Positions 30,850 to 42,212 are shown, counted from the stretch's first letter. The stretch is DNA of 64,000 nt from Myxococcota bacterium (GCA_965140415.1 OZ223209.1:5600001-5664000), one strand, 5' to 3'. Made by a program: numbers and translations. The notes: generated by a model from the letters alone, not told the origin.

Positions 30850-32220
30850 CTATTGGTACAACTCACGCACGGCCTGCAACAGCAAGGGGCCGGTCTGCTC
30901 GCCAACCGAGACGGTACGCTCGTAGGCATACATGTCCATCTGCCATTCTTCGGCGTTCATGATGTAACCGATTTCATCGTTGGCCAGACCGAGAATCATT
31001 TTGTGTTTGGAAGGCATCATCTCTTTGATGGCAAAACCTAACGACGGGAAGATCTCGCCCGGCACACTGACGATGTTCAGCGCGCCCAGGTCCACCCGCC
31101 AGACTTCCGAATAGAGCTTGTCGTCGCGGATCTCGCGCTTGATGATCCCCTTCTCGCCCAGCATGCGGAACATGTCGTTTCCCAATGGCAGGCTCAATAA
31201 CTTGCGCTCGATGCGAATCTCCTTCAGATCCAACGGCTGCGCCTGCTGCAAGGAACGGCTGGCCAATCCCGCCAATACACGCCCGGCGCGCATTGCTCCC
31301 TTGCGGCGAATGTCGATCTGGTATTCGGTGTGGCGCGGCATGGCCGGGACGATGATTCCGCCGATGGGTCCATTGTAAAATAGGGCCACTCCGCCTTCAC
31401 GCTGCTCCAACGCCCGGTACAGATAGGCCGGGAAGTCGGCGGAAAGCTTGCGACTTTCCCCGCCCAGAAATTCCGCATGGCAGGCATAATTGACGACGGT
31501 GGCGATGGGCACACCGTTCAAGTCGCGAGCCTGCAACACCGTCATGATATCGTCTTTATGTCCCGGCTTATGGGCGTTTTCGCTGATGCCCTGGGGAACT
31601 TCCACGCTGTTTACGAACAATTTCGCCGGACGTGCCGAGGCGATGGCCCGGAACACGCCCTGGGCGATATCGCGCTCTACACGCGCCATGTAGCCCTTAT
31701 CCAAGCCGGACTGCGTCGGGGTGATCAGCGCCCAGCGTCCCCACATACCGACCGTATCCGGTCCGCTGTGCGTGTGTGTGCTGGCCAACAAGAAGCTGTC
31801 CGTGTACTGCTTGGAAATCCGTCCCCGCGTGCGCCAGACATGCCCGTTCATATAGCCGACGAAATCCATGCTGATCAACCCCAGCGTCTGGCGTCCGTCG
31901 TCGAGAATCAGAATACGGGCCGTGATCGGAGTTTCAACCCCCATGGCGACCTTGTTGGGAGAATAGCCGGCGATAAACATGCCACGAGGATTTTTCGGCG
32001 TTAAGTCCACAACCGCCGCCCCGGCCACCAGCACCGGATTGGGTTCCGCCAAGCGAGCCTGCTTCCAGCGGTCGAAGGGAGTCGGCGTATCCTGCGGAAT
32101 TTCCGATACTTCCGGGATTCGATCCGGCCAGCGGAAATGAGGCGGATCGCAACCGAGCAGGGACAACGAAAACGCCAGAACCAACAGCAATGACCAGCAA
32201 AAGAAAGATATTCGTTTCAC
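30850..32220 (-). CDS. Neutral/alkaline ceramidase N-terminal-domain lipoprotein
   Basis: Lipobox LLGC; ASTHTHSGPD, NYACHAE, LSADFP, VPGE, GLANDEIGYI. Confidence 0.8.
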   Translation of the reverse strand: MKRISFFCWSLLLVLAFSLSLLGCDPPHFRWPDRIPEVSEIPQDTPTPFDRWKQARLAEPNPVLVAGAAVVDLTPKNPRGMFIAGYSPNKVAMGVETPITARILILDDGRQTLGLISMDFVGYMNGHVWRTRGRISKQYTDSFLLASTHTHSGPDTVGMWGRWALITPTQSGLDKGYMARVERDIAQGVFRAIASARPAKLFVNSVEVPQGISENAHKPGHKDDIMTVLQARDLNGVPIATVVNYACHAEFLGGESRKLSADFPAYLYRALEQREGGVALFYNGPIGGIIVPAMPRHTEYQIDIRRKGAMRAGRVLAGLASRSLQQAQPLDLKEIRIERKLLSLPLGNDMFRMLGEKGIIKREIRDDKLYSEVWRVDLGALNIVSVPGEIFPSLGFAIKEMMPSKHKMILGLANDEIGYIMNAEEWQMDMYAYERTVSVGEQTGPLLLQAVRELYQ

Positions 32221-32334
32221 GGCTTTACCTCAAATATGGAATTTGCTTGAAGTTTGGAATCCTGTAAAAAGCGAGGTCATCCTAACACCACATCCACCCC
32301 CGGTCAAGCAGCGAAAAAGCACCTGTTTCACCGG

Positions 32335-32919
32335 TCAACGCCTGCCATTTTTCATTTTGAATTGCTTGATGGCCAACTCGATCTGCTCCGGGTGATACCC
32401 GACAATCACACGCGTACCGATTGTCACGACCGGCACGGCGCGCAAGCCTTTGGTGAGCTGCATCAGGTTGCGCATACCGCGCGGATCTTTTTCCACATCG
32501 AAATCGGCATAACCAACCTTCAGCTCTTTCAGCAGTTTCTCGATTTTCTTGCAACGCGGGCACCAACTCGTTTTGTACAGCACGATGCGCGTGGATAGCG
32601 TCACATCGGGTACCAGACTTTCTTCCTTTTCCATTTCGTAGTCTTTGATGCTGTTATCGGCCTCGGAATCCAGCACCGTAATATCCGACATGTTCACCCG
32701 CTCGGCGGCATCTGCGAATTTTTCCGGAATGAATTCCGTACTGTTGGCGTAGTGGGTAATGCCCTTTTCATCCGCCCAGGTGTAAATGACCCCAGAATTT
32801 GAATTTGAATTACCAAGAGAGATCGATCCGGAATTGTCGTCACCGCTGAAGTAGTCGTAGGCCAACCAACCTCCGCCCGCCAATACTGCCAGAATGACTA
32901 CGGCTTTCCACAACGGCAT
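32335..32919 (-). CDS. Membrane-anchored DUF4124 + glutaredoxin (NrdH-like) protein
   Basis: IYTWADEKGITHY; LYKTSWCPRCKK CxxC; AVPVVTIG. Confidence 0.85.
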   Translation of the reverse strand: MPLWKAVVILAVLAGGGWLAYDYFSGDDNSGSISLGNSNSNSGVIYTWADEKGITHYANSTEFIPEKFADAAERVNMSDITVLDSEADNSIKDYEMEKEESLVPDVTLSTRIVLYKTSWCPRCKKIEKLLKELKVGYADFDVEKDPRGMRNLMQLTKGLRAVPVVTIGTRVIVGYHPEQIELAIKQFKMKNGRR

Positions 32920-33036
32920 CGCATCCTCTCTTTCACATGCAGCTTTCAGGTATGTAACCGCATGATTTATACCATGATTCGATCGGGCTGGCAATGATCG
33001 CTACCGGATGGAAAACGGCATCTACTGTGGTGTCGG

Positions 33037-36000
33037 TCAATTGTCCAGAATTTCACGCACCTTTTTGGCAAGCAGTTGCGGGGTGTAGGGTTTGCCGATG
33101 AAATTGAGTCCCTCGTCGAGCACGCCATGATGCGCGATTACATCCTCCGTGTAACCGGAGGTAAACAACACTTTCAAATCCGGCATGTCTGCCGTTAGCC
33201 GTTCCGACAGCTCGCGCCCGTTCATGTTCGGCATCACGATGTCCGTCAGTAACAGATCGATGCGAACCTGCTCATTCTCTACCATTGCCAGAGCTTCATC
33301 ACCGGAGGAGGCATGGTACACCTTGTATCCCTGTCGCGTTAAGATTCTGATCGCAATATTACGCACCATCGATTCATCTTCGACGATCAACACCGATTCA
33401 TCACCCCTTGGAATTTCGCCAAGTGTATGCGTGCGTGTCAGTTTATCGGCTTTCTGTTCCACTTCCGGGAAATACAGCTTGAATGTCGTGCCGTTGCCGA
33501 TTTCGGAATAGACATCGATCAAACCGTCATGCTGCTTGATGATACCGTATGCGGTGGCAAGTCCCAAACCGGTACCCTTGCCTTCCCTTTTCGTTGTGAA
33601 GAAGGGATCGAAGATCTTCGACTTCGTTTCTTCATCCATGCCTTCACCGTTATCTGAAATGGCCAGCATGATGTAATCGCCCGGATTCAGGCTCGGATAA
33701 CCTTTGCAGTATTCCTCATCCAGCATCACCGACTTCGTTTCCAGTGTCAGTTTGCCACCTTCAGGCATGGCGTCTCTGGCGTTGATAGCCAAATTGACGA
33801 GAACCTGCTCGATCTGTCCCGGATCGGCCTTGATACGGCACGAGTCCTTTTTCTGTATCGTGCGAAGCTGGATATCCTCACCGATCAATCGAACCAGCAT
33901 CTTCTGCATATCGTCGATCAACTCGTTCAAGTCGAGAACCTTGGGATTAATGATCTGTTTGCGGGAGAATGCCAGTAACTGCCTGGTCAATGACGCCGCG
34001 CTGTAGGCGGCTTTACTGATTTCGCCAAGCGTTTCATTTAAGGAATCACTCTCCGACAGATCCATCAACGCCAAAGAAACGTTCCCAGTAATTCCGGTCA
34101 GTAGGTTGTTGAAATCGTGCGCCACACCACCGGCCAGTCGACCGATTGATTCCATTTTCTGCGCCTGTTGCAGTTGGAATTCGATTCGCTGTTTTTCCTG
34201 TTCCGCTTCGATGCGGTCCGTGATATCGCGCGCGGATGCGGAAATTCCAACCTGTTCCCCGTTTTGATCGTGCAGTGGATTCAGGCGTAATTCATAGTGA
34301 TAGGTCTTACCGTCCGGTCTTACAACCGAAGTATTTCGCTTAACCACCCGATCCGTTTCGAAGACTTCCCGCAGAAAACCATCCCATTCATCGCACATCT
34401 CTTTTGGAAAGCCCAAATCGGCATGGGTTTTCCCGATGAATTCCTCTTCTGTAAGGTCGTGCGTTTCGCATAGACTTTTATTGGCGCTTGAAAAGCGCAG
34501 GTTTGTATCATAGCTGTAAATGAAATCGTGACTGGCGTCATTGATGATGCGGTAGCGTTCCTCCGCCCGCTTGCGGTCGGTGATGTCGATACCGGTAGCG
34601 GCAATATAGGCGGGAGCGCCTTGTTCGTCGTCCACGCGGATGCCGTTCATCAGCATTGGAAACTCGGTACCATCTTTGTGAACGTGCCACAACTCCAAGG
34701 TATTGAAACTACCTTCATTGATCATGCTATTTACGGAATCCATAACTGACACCATTTGGGCTTCCGAATGGAAAATACGCAGGTTTTTCCCGAGCAGTTC
34801 TTCAGGAGTATATCCATGCACCTTGGCGAAATACTCGTTGACGTAGAGCAGAATGCCTTGTAAGTCAGCAATTACACTTCCTGTTACCGCTCGATCTGTA
34901 ATGATTCGGAACTTTCGGATTTCCTCTTCCGCCTGTTTGCGCTCCGTTATATCTCTGGAAATTCCCTCGAAATAAATAGGCTGTCCATTGTCATCCAGAA
35001 GCATCGTCACCACGGCTTCACAGGGAATCGTGTGGCCATCTTTGTGTATGTACTCAACTTCGATACGATAAGTAGTTTTCGGTGGATTGGCTGCCAGGCA
35101 TTCTGCAACGGCATTGTCGATATCTTTGATCGACTGGGGTGTAGTGTACCCTTCAATCCCCATATTGAACAATTCTTCCTTTGAATGTCCGGTAACTTCC
35201 GTTGCGGCGGAATTGATGAATAAAATCCGACCATCCGCATCGATGCGCCAGATGATATCCGTAGCGTTTTCCGTCAGGCGGCGATAGCGTTCCTCGCTTT
35301 CAAGCAGGGCCTGATCTCGTTTCTTCCGTTCGGTAATATTTTGAATGGTTCCGAATACCCGAACGGGATTTCCATGTTCGTCCTTTTCCAGTTCTCCAAT
35401 GGCATGAATAATCTGGGAATTTCCATTGTCGATCCGAATCACTTCGTATTCCAAATTGTAAGGCGTACCTTTTTCGATAAGATCTACAAGTGCCTGATGG
35501 ATTCGATCGCGTTCGGGCATACAGTCTTCGACCAAATCCATCGGCAGAAGTTGAATCGTATTACTATCTTTACCAAACGGCATCCCAAAAATGTGATGAG
35601 CCTCTTCTGACCCCCAGATCATATCTTTTGCGATATCATATTCCCAGTTGCCGATTTTGGCTACTTTCTGTGCTAACAACAAGCGTCGAACGTTGATTCG
35701 AAGATCTTCCTCCACCAGTTTTCGTTCTGAAATATCCGTATGCGTACCCACCATTCGGATCGGTTTATTGCTTTCATCCCATTCAACAACCTGACCGCGC
35801 GCCAGAACCCATCTCCAGCCGCCATCTTTCATTTTCATGCGGAATTCAGAGGAAAAGGCCCCTCGTTTTCCCTCGATGTGTTGATCGATTGCTTCCGTTG
35901 CCATTTCAAGATCATCCGGATGAACAAGGCTTCGCCATGTAGCATCGGTAGAAGGCAGTTCATCGGGTTCATAACCCAGCATCCGAAAATATTGTGGGCT

Positions 36001-37950
36001 GAAGTACCCCTCTCTAGTAATCAGATTCATATCCCATACGCCATCATGCGTAGCGTTTAAAGCAAGATTCAAGCGCTCTTCGCTTAAACGAAGCGCTTCC
36101 TGTGTTTTTACTCGTTCGGTTACATCCGTAAACGCAACAGCAAATTGATTTTTCTTGGGCGAATAGGCAGTTATTTCCCAATAGCGGTCCAGAAACTCGG
36201 AATGGTCAATGAAAAAAGTCAGCTCTCCGGTCAAAGCGACTTTTCCATAGATCTCGATCCATTTCTTTTCAAGATTCGGAATGACCTCTAAAACGCGTTT
36301 TCCGATGATGTCCTCTGCTTTTAAATGTGTCAGCTTTTCGTACATCGGGTTGCATTCCAGAAAAACATAATCTACCGGTTTGTAGTTTTCATCCGTGATA
36401 ATCTCGTGCAGGGCCACTGCCTCGTTGATGTTCTCAATCAATGAACGGTGCCGACCCTCACTCTCTTTCAAATCCCGTTCCACTCGCTTGCGGCTCGCAA
36501 TGAATCGGGCTTGCTGGATATTCTGATAAGCTGCACTGGAAAGCTGGTTGGCCAGTGTAAATAACACTTTGGCGACTTTGGTAAAACGCTCGATAGACAT
36601 GGATGGCACATCCTGAAACGCCCGAGCGGCCTCCTCTTCGTCCACTTCGATTTTACGCGCATACGCTCGGATCATTTCCTCGCTTTGCGTTTCGTCGCGA
36701 ACCTGTCCGATCAGCCAACTGGCGATATGTTTACCTCCCACGGTGATCGCCGCACCCGCATCCCAAAGTCCCAGGTTCAAGCAAGGCTGGATGATTGGAC
36801 CGTCAGGATTGAATCGACCGATTTTAGCGTCGGAGCGATAACAGTTCTTTCGACCCTTTTCGGTGCCTCGAATGAGTGAACTGCATAACTTGGTGAAATT
36901 ACTCGTCTCGGTGATCGGTGTGCCATCCGGCATTATGACAAGGGAGGCAACACCTGTGGCGTCGGAAAACTCATTTTGCAGCCGCTGAATATCCTGCAAA
37001 TTGAAAAGATCGTGGAAGGTTACGGATTCACTGTCATCTAGCGGGCGTGTCAAGGCTACGAGGCGTTTTTCAAGCGCCAGCGCTACTTGCTTGCGTTCTG
37101 TAATGTCATCGATGATCCAGACTGCACCTAAACTCAAATCCGGAGGCGCAAAGGCTTTTCCGCTGAACTGACACCAAACGGTGTGACCATCTTTATGCCG
37201 CAGGGGATATTCCCGTTGAACGATTTCCTTCTCAGCCAGTTTCCAATAATGTTTCTCCCCGAATTCAACAAAATTCTCATGGCTCAGGTGAAGCTTTTCC
37301 GGTCCCTCTCCTTCCAATTCGTAGACTTCATATCCCATCATATCGGCCATGCGTTGATTGACTTTGGTGATGATGCGATTGTGCAACACCATGATACCGA
37401 CCATGCTGCTGTCAAAAATGGCCTTCTGTTGCTCCAGGCTCGATTGGAGCGCCGCTTCGGTCTCCACGTATGACGTCATGTCGCGAGCCAAGCCCATAAT
37501 TTGCTTTCCGCTCGGCGTTTCGATCAAGGTAATGGTGATTTCCACCGGGAAAACGGAACCATCTTTTCTGCGATGGCGAGATTGCAAGCGCCTTGGTTGA
37601 CCGCCTCTCAATTCTTCAAAGAATGTTCGCACGATTTCCGGGCTTTGCAATTCTTCATCCAGATCCGCCACATTCTTTGTAAGCAATTCTTCTTTAGTAT
37701 ATCCAGTGCTCAAACATGCTTGCTCATTTGCATGTAACAAGTGTCCGTCCGTCGAAACGATGAAAATGGCATCGCCAGCCTGTTCGAATAACGAATGCAG
37801 GTGGATTGTTTCCGAATCGAGAATCGGATTTTGGAGATTGGCTTCCAATTCTTCGATTCTCTTGCGAGCCTGTTTCAATTCCTCGATCAACTGTTCACGG
37901 GACAGGTTTCGATCTGACACAAGATTCTCCGTTGGTAACGAGGCTATCAA
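33037..37950 (-). CDS. Cytoplasmic hybrid sensor histidine kinase: multiple PAS/PAC, PocR, HisKA, HATPase, receiver
   Basis: Repeated DITERK PAC ends; PocR GVASL...SNFTKLC...GLWDAGAAITVGG; GGVAHDFNNLL; FFTTK..GKGTGLGL; LLLTDIVMP. Confidence 0.95.
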   Translation of the reverse strand: MIASLPTENLVSDRNLSREQLIEELKQARKRIEELEANLQNPILDSETIHLHSLFEQAGDAIFIVSTDGHLLHANEQACLSTGYTKEELLTKNVADLDEELQSPEIVRTFFEELRGGQPRRLQSRHRRKDGSVFPVEITITLIETPSGKQIMGLARDMTSYVETEAALQSSLEQQKAIFDSSMVGIMVLHNRIITKVNQRMADMMGYEVYELEGEGPEKLHLSHENFVEFGEKHYWKLAEKEIVQREYPLRHKDGHTVWCQFSGKAFAPPDLSLGAVWIIDDITERKQVALALEKRLVALTRPLDDSESVTFHDLFNLQDIQRLQNEFSDATGVASLVIMPDGTPITETSNFTKLCSSLIRGTEKGRKNCYRSDAKIGRFNPDGPIIQPCLNLGLWDAGAAITVGGKHIASWLIGQVRDETQSEEMIRAYARKIEVDEEEAARAFQDVPSMSIERFTKVAKVLFTLANQLSSAAYQNIQQARFIASRKRVERDLKESEGRHRSLIENINEAVALHEIITDENYKPVDYVFLECNPMYEKLTHLKAEDIIGKRVLEVIPNLEKKWIEIYGKVALTGELTFFIDHSEFLDRYWEITAYSPKKNQFAVAFTDVTERVKTQEALRLSEERLNLALNATHDGVWDMNLITREGYFSPQYFRMLGYEPDELPSTDATWRSLVHPDDLEMATEAIDQHIEGKRGAFSSEFRMKMKDGGWRWVLARGQVVEWDESNKPIRMVGTHTDISERKLVEEDLRINVRRLLLAQKVAKIGNWEYDIAKDMIWGSEEAHHIFGMPFGKDSNTIQLLPMDLVEDCMPERDRIHQALVDLIEKGTPYNLEYEVIRIDNGNSQIIHAIGELEKDEHGNPVRVFGTIQNITERKKRDQALLESEERYRRLTENATDIIWRIDADGRILFINSAATEVTGHSKEELFNMGIEGYTTPQSIKDIDNAVAECLAANPPKTTYRIEVEYIHKDGHTIPCEAVVTMLLDDNGQPIYFEGISRDITERKQAEEEIRKFRIITDRAVTGSVIADLQGILLYVNEYFAKVHGYTPEELLGKNLRIFHSEAQMVSVMDSVNSMINEGSFNTLELWHVHKDGTEFPMLMNGIRVDDEQGAPAYIAATGIDITDRKRAEERYRIINDASHDFIYSYDTNLRFSSANKSLCETHDLTEEEFIGKTHADLGFPKEMCDEWDGFLREVFETDRVVKRNTSVVRPDGKTYHYELRLNPLHDQNGEQVGISASARDITDRIEAEQEKQRIEFQLQQAQKMESIGRLAGGVAHDFNNLLTGITGNVSLALMDLSESDSLNETLGEISKAAYSAASLTRQLLAFSRKQIINPKVLDLNELIDDMQKMLVRLIGEDIQLRTIQKKDSCRIKADPGQIEQVLVNLAINARDAMPEGGKLTLETKSVMLDEEYCKGYPSLNPGDYIMLAISDNGEGMDEETKSKIFDPFFTTKREGKGTGLGLATAYGIIKQHDGLIDVYSEIGNGTTFKLYFPEVEQKADKLTRTHTLGEIPRGDESVLIVEDESMVRNIAIRILTRQGYKVYHASSGDEALAMVENEQVRIDLLLTDIVMPNMNGRELSERLTADMPDLKVLFTSGYTEDVIAHHGVLDEGLNFIGKPYTPQLLAKKVREILDN

Positions 37951-38215
37951 TACTTCAGCAATATCAGACTTGTGCTTTTACATATCTGGACATAAAAAGT
38001 TGAATTGACAGTAACATTTCGTGATACCGGTCTTTCCACACAAAAATAAATGTCGTTCCCTTCCTTTGAGCAAAGAGCACAAGAACACCGGATTTCTTCC
38101 AATTGTTGCGGTACGAATAGTTTGAGTTTTAGCTTTCTCCGGCCACACACCTGATTTATAACTTTACACTATTGTCAAAAGGATTTGCAACGAACAATAG
38201 TTCCAGAATATTTCA

Positions 38216-38725
38216 TTACTCAGTAATTTCAAATTCCCATTCTACATACTCACCACTGGTCTGCGTGTGTAACTGTAGTGAAACCGCCACAATGAAGGTT
38301 TTCCCAACCAGTTCGGGATCGTTTTTAAGCAGACCTCCCATGTCTGCGTTAAAGGAAGCGCCTTCGGGATAAATGTCTTGCGTCACCCAGATATGCCGAC
38401 TGGAACCCTTGACCCAAACCACCGCCATGTTGACTTCCTCCGGCTTGGGCCAATCCGTTGTCACTTCCAGCACGAAAGGCTCGCCGACCCGGATAGAATC
38501 CGGCGCAGTCAACTCCGTAATCTGAGCTTCTTCCCCGGCATCACCAACCGGCGGTGGCATTTCATCGACGACCTCGGAGCCATCGAACTCCAGGGCGGCA
38601 GTCAACCGTTCTGCAAGTTCTCCCGCAATTTCACCTGCATCGGAATCATCCGCACACGATTGAAAAAACAAGGCGGCTATCAGCAGCAAGTATACGGAAA
38701 ACGATGTCATTCCAAGTTGATGCAT
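38216..38725 (-). CDS. Small acidic lipoprotein
   Basis: AGGAG RBS, hydrophobic leader ending FQSC. Confidence 0.65.
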   Translation of the reverse strand: MHQLGMTSFSVYLLLIAALFFQSCADDSDAGEIAGELAERLTAALEFDGSEVVDEMPPPVGDAGEEAQITELTAPDSIRVGEPFVLEVTTDWPKPEEVNMAVVWVKGSSRHIWVTQDIYPEGASFNADMGGLLKNDPELVGKTFIVAVSLQLHTQTSGEYVEWEFEITE

Positions 38726-39003
38726 GAGACTTGTCTCCTTGTGCCGTAATTGCAGACGATGTCCACATTAATATTAGGTCGTTTGAGTGCTTATTCTGCG
38801 GATTGTACCTAAAATCTGCTCTTTCGGCAAAGAGAACCATCCCTGTTTTTGCAATAAGCTGTGGTGATTTCAATTTTACTTACTTTTGTGGCACTTTTCG
38901 GACTGGCAATTCGAAAAGATTGCGTTCGACTAGCTGGCCGACTACAATACGTATCACGAATAAACCGGCGCGAGTTGCGCCATTCAAAGCAAAGGGAAAA
39001 CCC

Positions 39004-40167
39004 ATGATCCAGGCTCGCACAACCCTGCTTTTTGTTCTCTTTTCGGTTTTAGCGCTTTGTTTCGCCTGTAGCTCCGAAGACGAAGAACCCATTGGCGACG
39101 ACATGTTGGTGGATGATAAAGGTGCAATATTACAAACGGAATCCGGCGTAACGCTTACCATTCCCGCAGGTGCGCTGGAGCAGGCTGTAACCTTTAGCAT
39201 CGTGGAAACCACGCCGCCGGATAGCCTTGAAAGCGCCGGGCGCTTTTTCCGCATCGGTCCTGAAGAAACCGAATTGTTAAAACCGGTTACGGTAGAGCTT
39301 CCGCTGGATCTGGAGAATTTAAGCGCATCCAAGCAATCGAAAATCGCGCTGCACTTTTCCTTCGATTCCGAGAACTTCACCGCCTTGACCGGTGAACTGG
39401 ACCTGCAAAATGAGTTGGTCCGCGCCAGAAGCGAACAGCTCGGAGTGTTCGGTCCTGCGATTTCCAGCAACGATACTCCCGCGCCTGCCGAACTCGAAAC
39501 GGCAGAGGAATTGGATTTCGGTTTATTGAGTGTCGACGAGCAGGCGCAGCAAACCTTGCAGATTTCCAACCAGGGCGAAGCTCCTTTAACGATTTCAAGC
39601 GCCGAGATCACGACGAATTCCACACCGTTTGAATTGCCAATGCCGCCTTCGAACGTGCAGATCGAAGCAGAGGCCGTGTACGATCTGACGGTGACCTTCC
39701 AGGCCGCTCAGAGCGGGGTCTATGAAGCGGAACTGTTGGTGAACTCCGATGATGCCGAAAATCCCGCATGGCCGGTGACTTTGCGCGCAACGGTGTCCGG
39801 CGGCGGCGAAGCGACGGTGAGTCCGGATCGGCTGGATTTCGGTTCGGTGAACATCGGGGAAAATCACACGCTCGATATCGAGTTGCAAAACAGTGCATCA
39901 CAAGGCAGCTTGACGCTCTATGAAGTTGAACTGGAAAGCGGTCCCTTTGCACTGGAGGCGCTTTCCCTGCCGCTGACATTAAATGCCGGAGACAGCGAAA
40001 CACTGACCGTCTCCTTTGCGCCAAGCGTATCGGGTTCGGCTCAAGCGGATTTGCTGTTGAAAGTGGACGACGCCTCCAGGCCGGAAGTGGAAATCGAGCT
40101 ACTCGGCGTTGGTGTCGCGACAGACGGCGACAGTGACGACGCCATCGACGGCGATCTGGACGAATAA
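39004..40167 (+). CDS. Lipoprotein with ZU5-like and two ASH/choice-of-anchor-D Ig-like domains
   Basis: Lipobox CFAC; GVTLTIPAGAL..GPE..LLKPV; LDFG...ISNQGEAPLTI repeated twice. Confidence 0.75.
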   Translation: MIQARTTLLFVLFSVLALCFACSSEDEEPIGDDMLVDDKGAILQTESGVTLTIPAGALEQAVTFSIVETTPPDSLESAGRFFRIGPEETELLKPVTVELPLDLENLSASKQSKIALHFSFDSENFTALTGELDLQNELVRARSEQLGVFGPAISSNDTPAPAELETAEELDFGLLSVDEQAQQTLQISNQGEAPLTISSAEITTNSTPFELPMPPSNVQIEAEAVYDLTVTFQAAQSGVYEAELLVNSDDAENPAWPVTLRATVSGGGEATVSPDRLDFGSVNIGENHTLDIELQNSASQGSLTLYEVELESGPFALEALSLPLTLNAGDSETLTVSFAPSVSGSAQADLLLKVDDASRPEVEIELLGVGVATDGDSDDAIDGDLDE

Positions 40168-40176
40168 GGGAGCACG

Positions 40177-41238
40177 ATGTCTCATAAGGACGAAATCACA
40201 GAAAGCCGAAAAAAGGATCACCTGAAGCCGTTTCGAACGGGTGGCGTCGAGGCGAGAAACGGCTCGAACTGGTTGGAGTACGTGCACCTGATTCACCAGT
40301 CGCTACCCGAATTGGATAGCGCCGAACTGGATCTCAGCACCACCTTTGCCGGACATCGCTTCGAAGCGCCGCTGTTCATCACCGGCATGACCGGCGGTAC
40401 ATCAGAAGCGGCGGCGATCAATCGCGCGCTGGCGAAAACCGCGCAATATTTCGGGATCGGGTTCGGCTTAGGCAGCCAACGCGCCATGCTGCAAAACCCG
40501 GCACTGGCGGAGAGCTACAAGGTGCGCGAAGCCGCGCCAAAAGCCTTCGTTGCCGGAAACCTGGGTGGTGTACAGGCGGCAGCCAGTTCCACCACAGACG
40601 TTCAAAAACTGCTGGACGCCGTACAGGCCGATGCGCTGTGTATCCATCTCAATCCTGCACAGGAAATGCTGCAACCGGAAGGCGACCGCGACTTTCGCGG
40701 CGTGGCGGATGCCATTGCGCGGCTGGTGCAGGAACTGGATGTCCCGGTGATCGTCAAGGAAACGGGTGCGGGGCTCTCGCGCGAAAGCTGCCAGCGCCTG
40801 CAAGATAGCGGCGTGCGTTACGTCGATATCTCCGGCTCGGGCGGCACCTCCTGGGTAGGCGTGGAAGTTCAGCGTCGCCAGGGCGAAAGCGATCCGAATC
40901 TCACCGCCTTTTGGGACTGGGGCGTTCCCACCGCCGCTGCCTTATGCGACGTTTCCGACTCGGGCTTGCAGTTCATCGGCAGCGGTGGCATCCGCACCGG
41001 GTTGGATGTCGCCCGCGTATTGGCGCTTGGCGCGCAAATGGCCGGCGCGGCCAGTCCTTTCATTCAAGCGTATTTCCAGCAGGGAGAAGAAGGAATCCAT
41101 AAAGCCGTGGAATCGATATTGCACGGGCTGCGCACTGCAATGCTGTTAACCGGCAGCCGGAACCTGGACGAACTACGCAGCGCTCCGCGCGTACTCGGCG
41201 GAGAGCTGTTGTCCTGGATTCAACAGCGGGAAGGCTAA
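40177..41238 (+). CDS. fni: Type 2 isopentenyl-diphosphate delta-isomerase
   Basis: RKKDH, ITGMTGG, GLGSQR, IHLNPAQE..QPEGD, IVKETGAG, GGTSW, SGGIRTG. Confidence 0.96.
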   Translation: MSHKDEITESRKKDHLKPFRTGGVEARNGSNWLEYVHLIHQSLPELDSAELDLSTTFAGHRFEAPLFITGMTGGTSEAAAINRALAKTAQYFGIGFGLGSQRAMLQNPALAESYKVREAAPKAFVAGNLGGVQAAASSTTDVQKLLDAVQADALCIHLNPAQEMLQPEGDRDFRGVADAIARLVQELDVPVIVKETGAGLSRESCQRLQDSGVRYVDISGSGGTSWVGVEVQRRQGESDPNLTAFWDWGVPTAAALCDVSDSGLQFIGSGGIRTGLDVARVLALGAQMAGAASPFIQAYFQQGEEGIHKAVESILHGLRTAMLLTGSRNLDELRSAPRVLGGELLSWIQQREG

Positions 41239-41242
41239 ACGC

Positions 41243-42190
41243 ATGCACTCGCCCATTTCGGCATATGGAAAAGTGATTCTGCTAGGCGAGCATGCGGTGG
41301 TGTACCAACGGCCCGCGCTGGCGCTCGGATTGGCGGACGGCATCACGGTCAGCGATCTGCAAGCGACTTCCGGCGTGTTGCAGGTGCGCGTTCCCGCATG
41401 GGAACTGGATGAGAACGAGCGCGGCGAGTCCGCCATCGCACAAGCTCTGCGCCGCTTGGATGAACTGGTTCCAGGTTCCGCAAAAGGTTTTTCCATTACG
41501 TTGGAAACCCAACTGCCACTGGGGGCCGGTCTGGGAAGTTCGGCGGCGCTGGCGGTGGTTTTGGCCAAGGCGCTTTGCCGGATACGCAATGTGGCGGCGA
41601 ATTCGGAAAGCATCCACGAACTGGCGCACGAACTGGAAATCGTTTTTCATGGCCGCCCCAGCGGGCTGGACGACACCCTGGCGACCTATGGCGGTCTGTG
41701 CCTGTTTCGCCGCGATGGCTTCAGCAATCGGGACCGGCAGCAATTCTGGCGCTATCGCGCATTGACCGAAAAAGCCTTTTCCCTGCCGTTCCCCTTGCCT
41801 TCTCTGGTAGTCGGTCACAGCGGCGTTCCGCGCGAAACGGCGCGCATGGTGGCCATGGTCAAACAGCGCTATGAAGATGCTCCCGACACCACCAACGTAA
41901 TTTTCGATGACATTGCCGGGTGCGTACAGGCGGGATTGAAGGCGCTGGAAAAGAAAAACCTGCAAGATCTCGGTGCGGCGATGAATCGCAACCAGCAGCA
42001 TCTTGCCGAGCTGGGCCTGTCCTGCCCGGAAATCGACCGCATGATACAACTGGCGCAGGACGCCGGAGCGCCTGGAGTCAAGCTGACCGGCGCAGGCGGC
42101 GGCGGTTGCGTGATTGCATTGGCGGGTGAGCACCGCAGGGAAATCGAACGGGCCTGGCAATCCACCGGATTTCGTACCTGCCAATTCTGA
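41243..42190 (+). CDS. mvk: Mevalonate kinase
   Basis: GKVILLGEHAVVY, LPLGAGLGSSAA, HGRPSGLD, KLTGAGGGG. Confidence 0.93.
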   Translation: MHSPISAYGKVILLGEHAVVYQRPALALGLADGITVSDLQATSGVLQVRVPAWELDENERGESAIAQALRRLDELVPGSAKGFSITLETQLPLGAGLGSSAALAVVLAKALCRIRNVAANSESIHELAHELEIVFHGRPSGLDDTLATYGGLCLFRRDGFSNRDRQQFWRYRALTEKAFSLPFPLPSLVVGHSGVPRETARMVAMVKQRYEDAPDTTNVIFDDIAGCVQAGLKALEKKNLQDLGAAMNRNQQHLAELGLSCPEIDRMIQLAQDAGAPGVKLTGAGGGGCVIALAGEHRREIERAWQSTGFRTCQF

Positions 42191-42212
42191 CGAAGTGAGG
42201 AGTCGCTAGACG

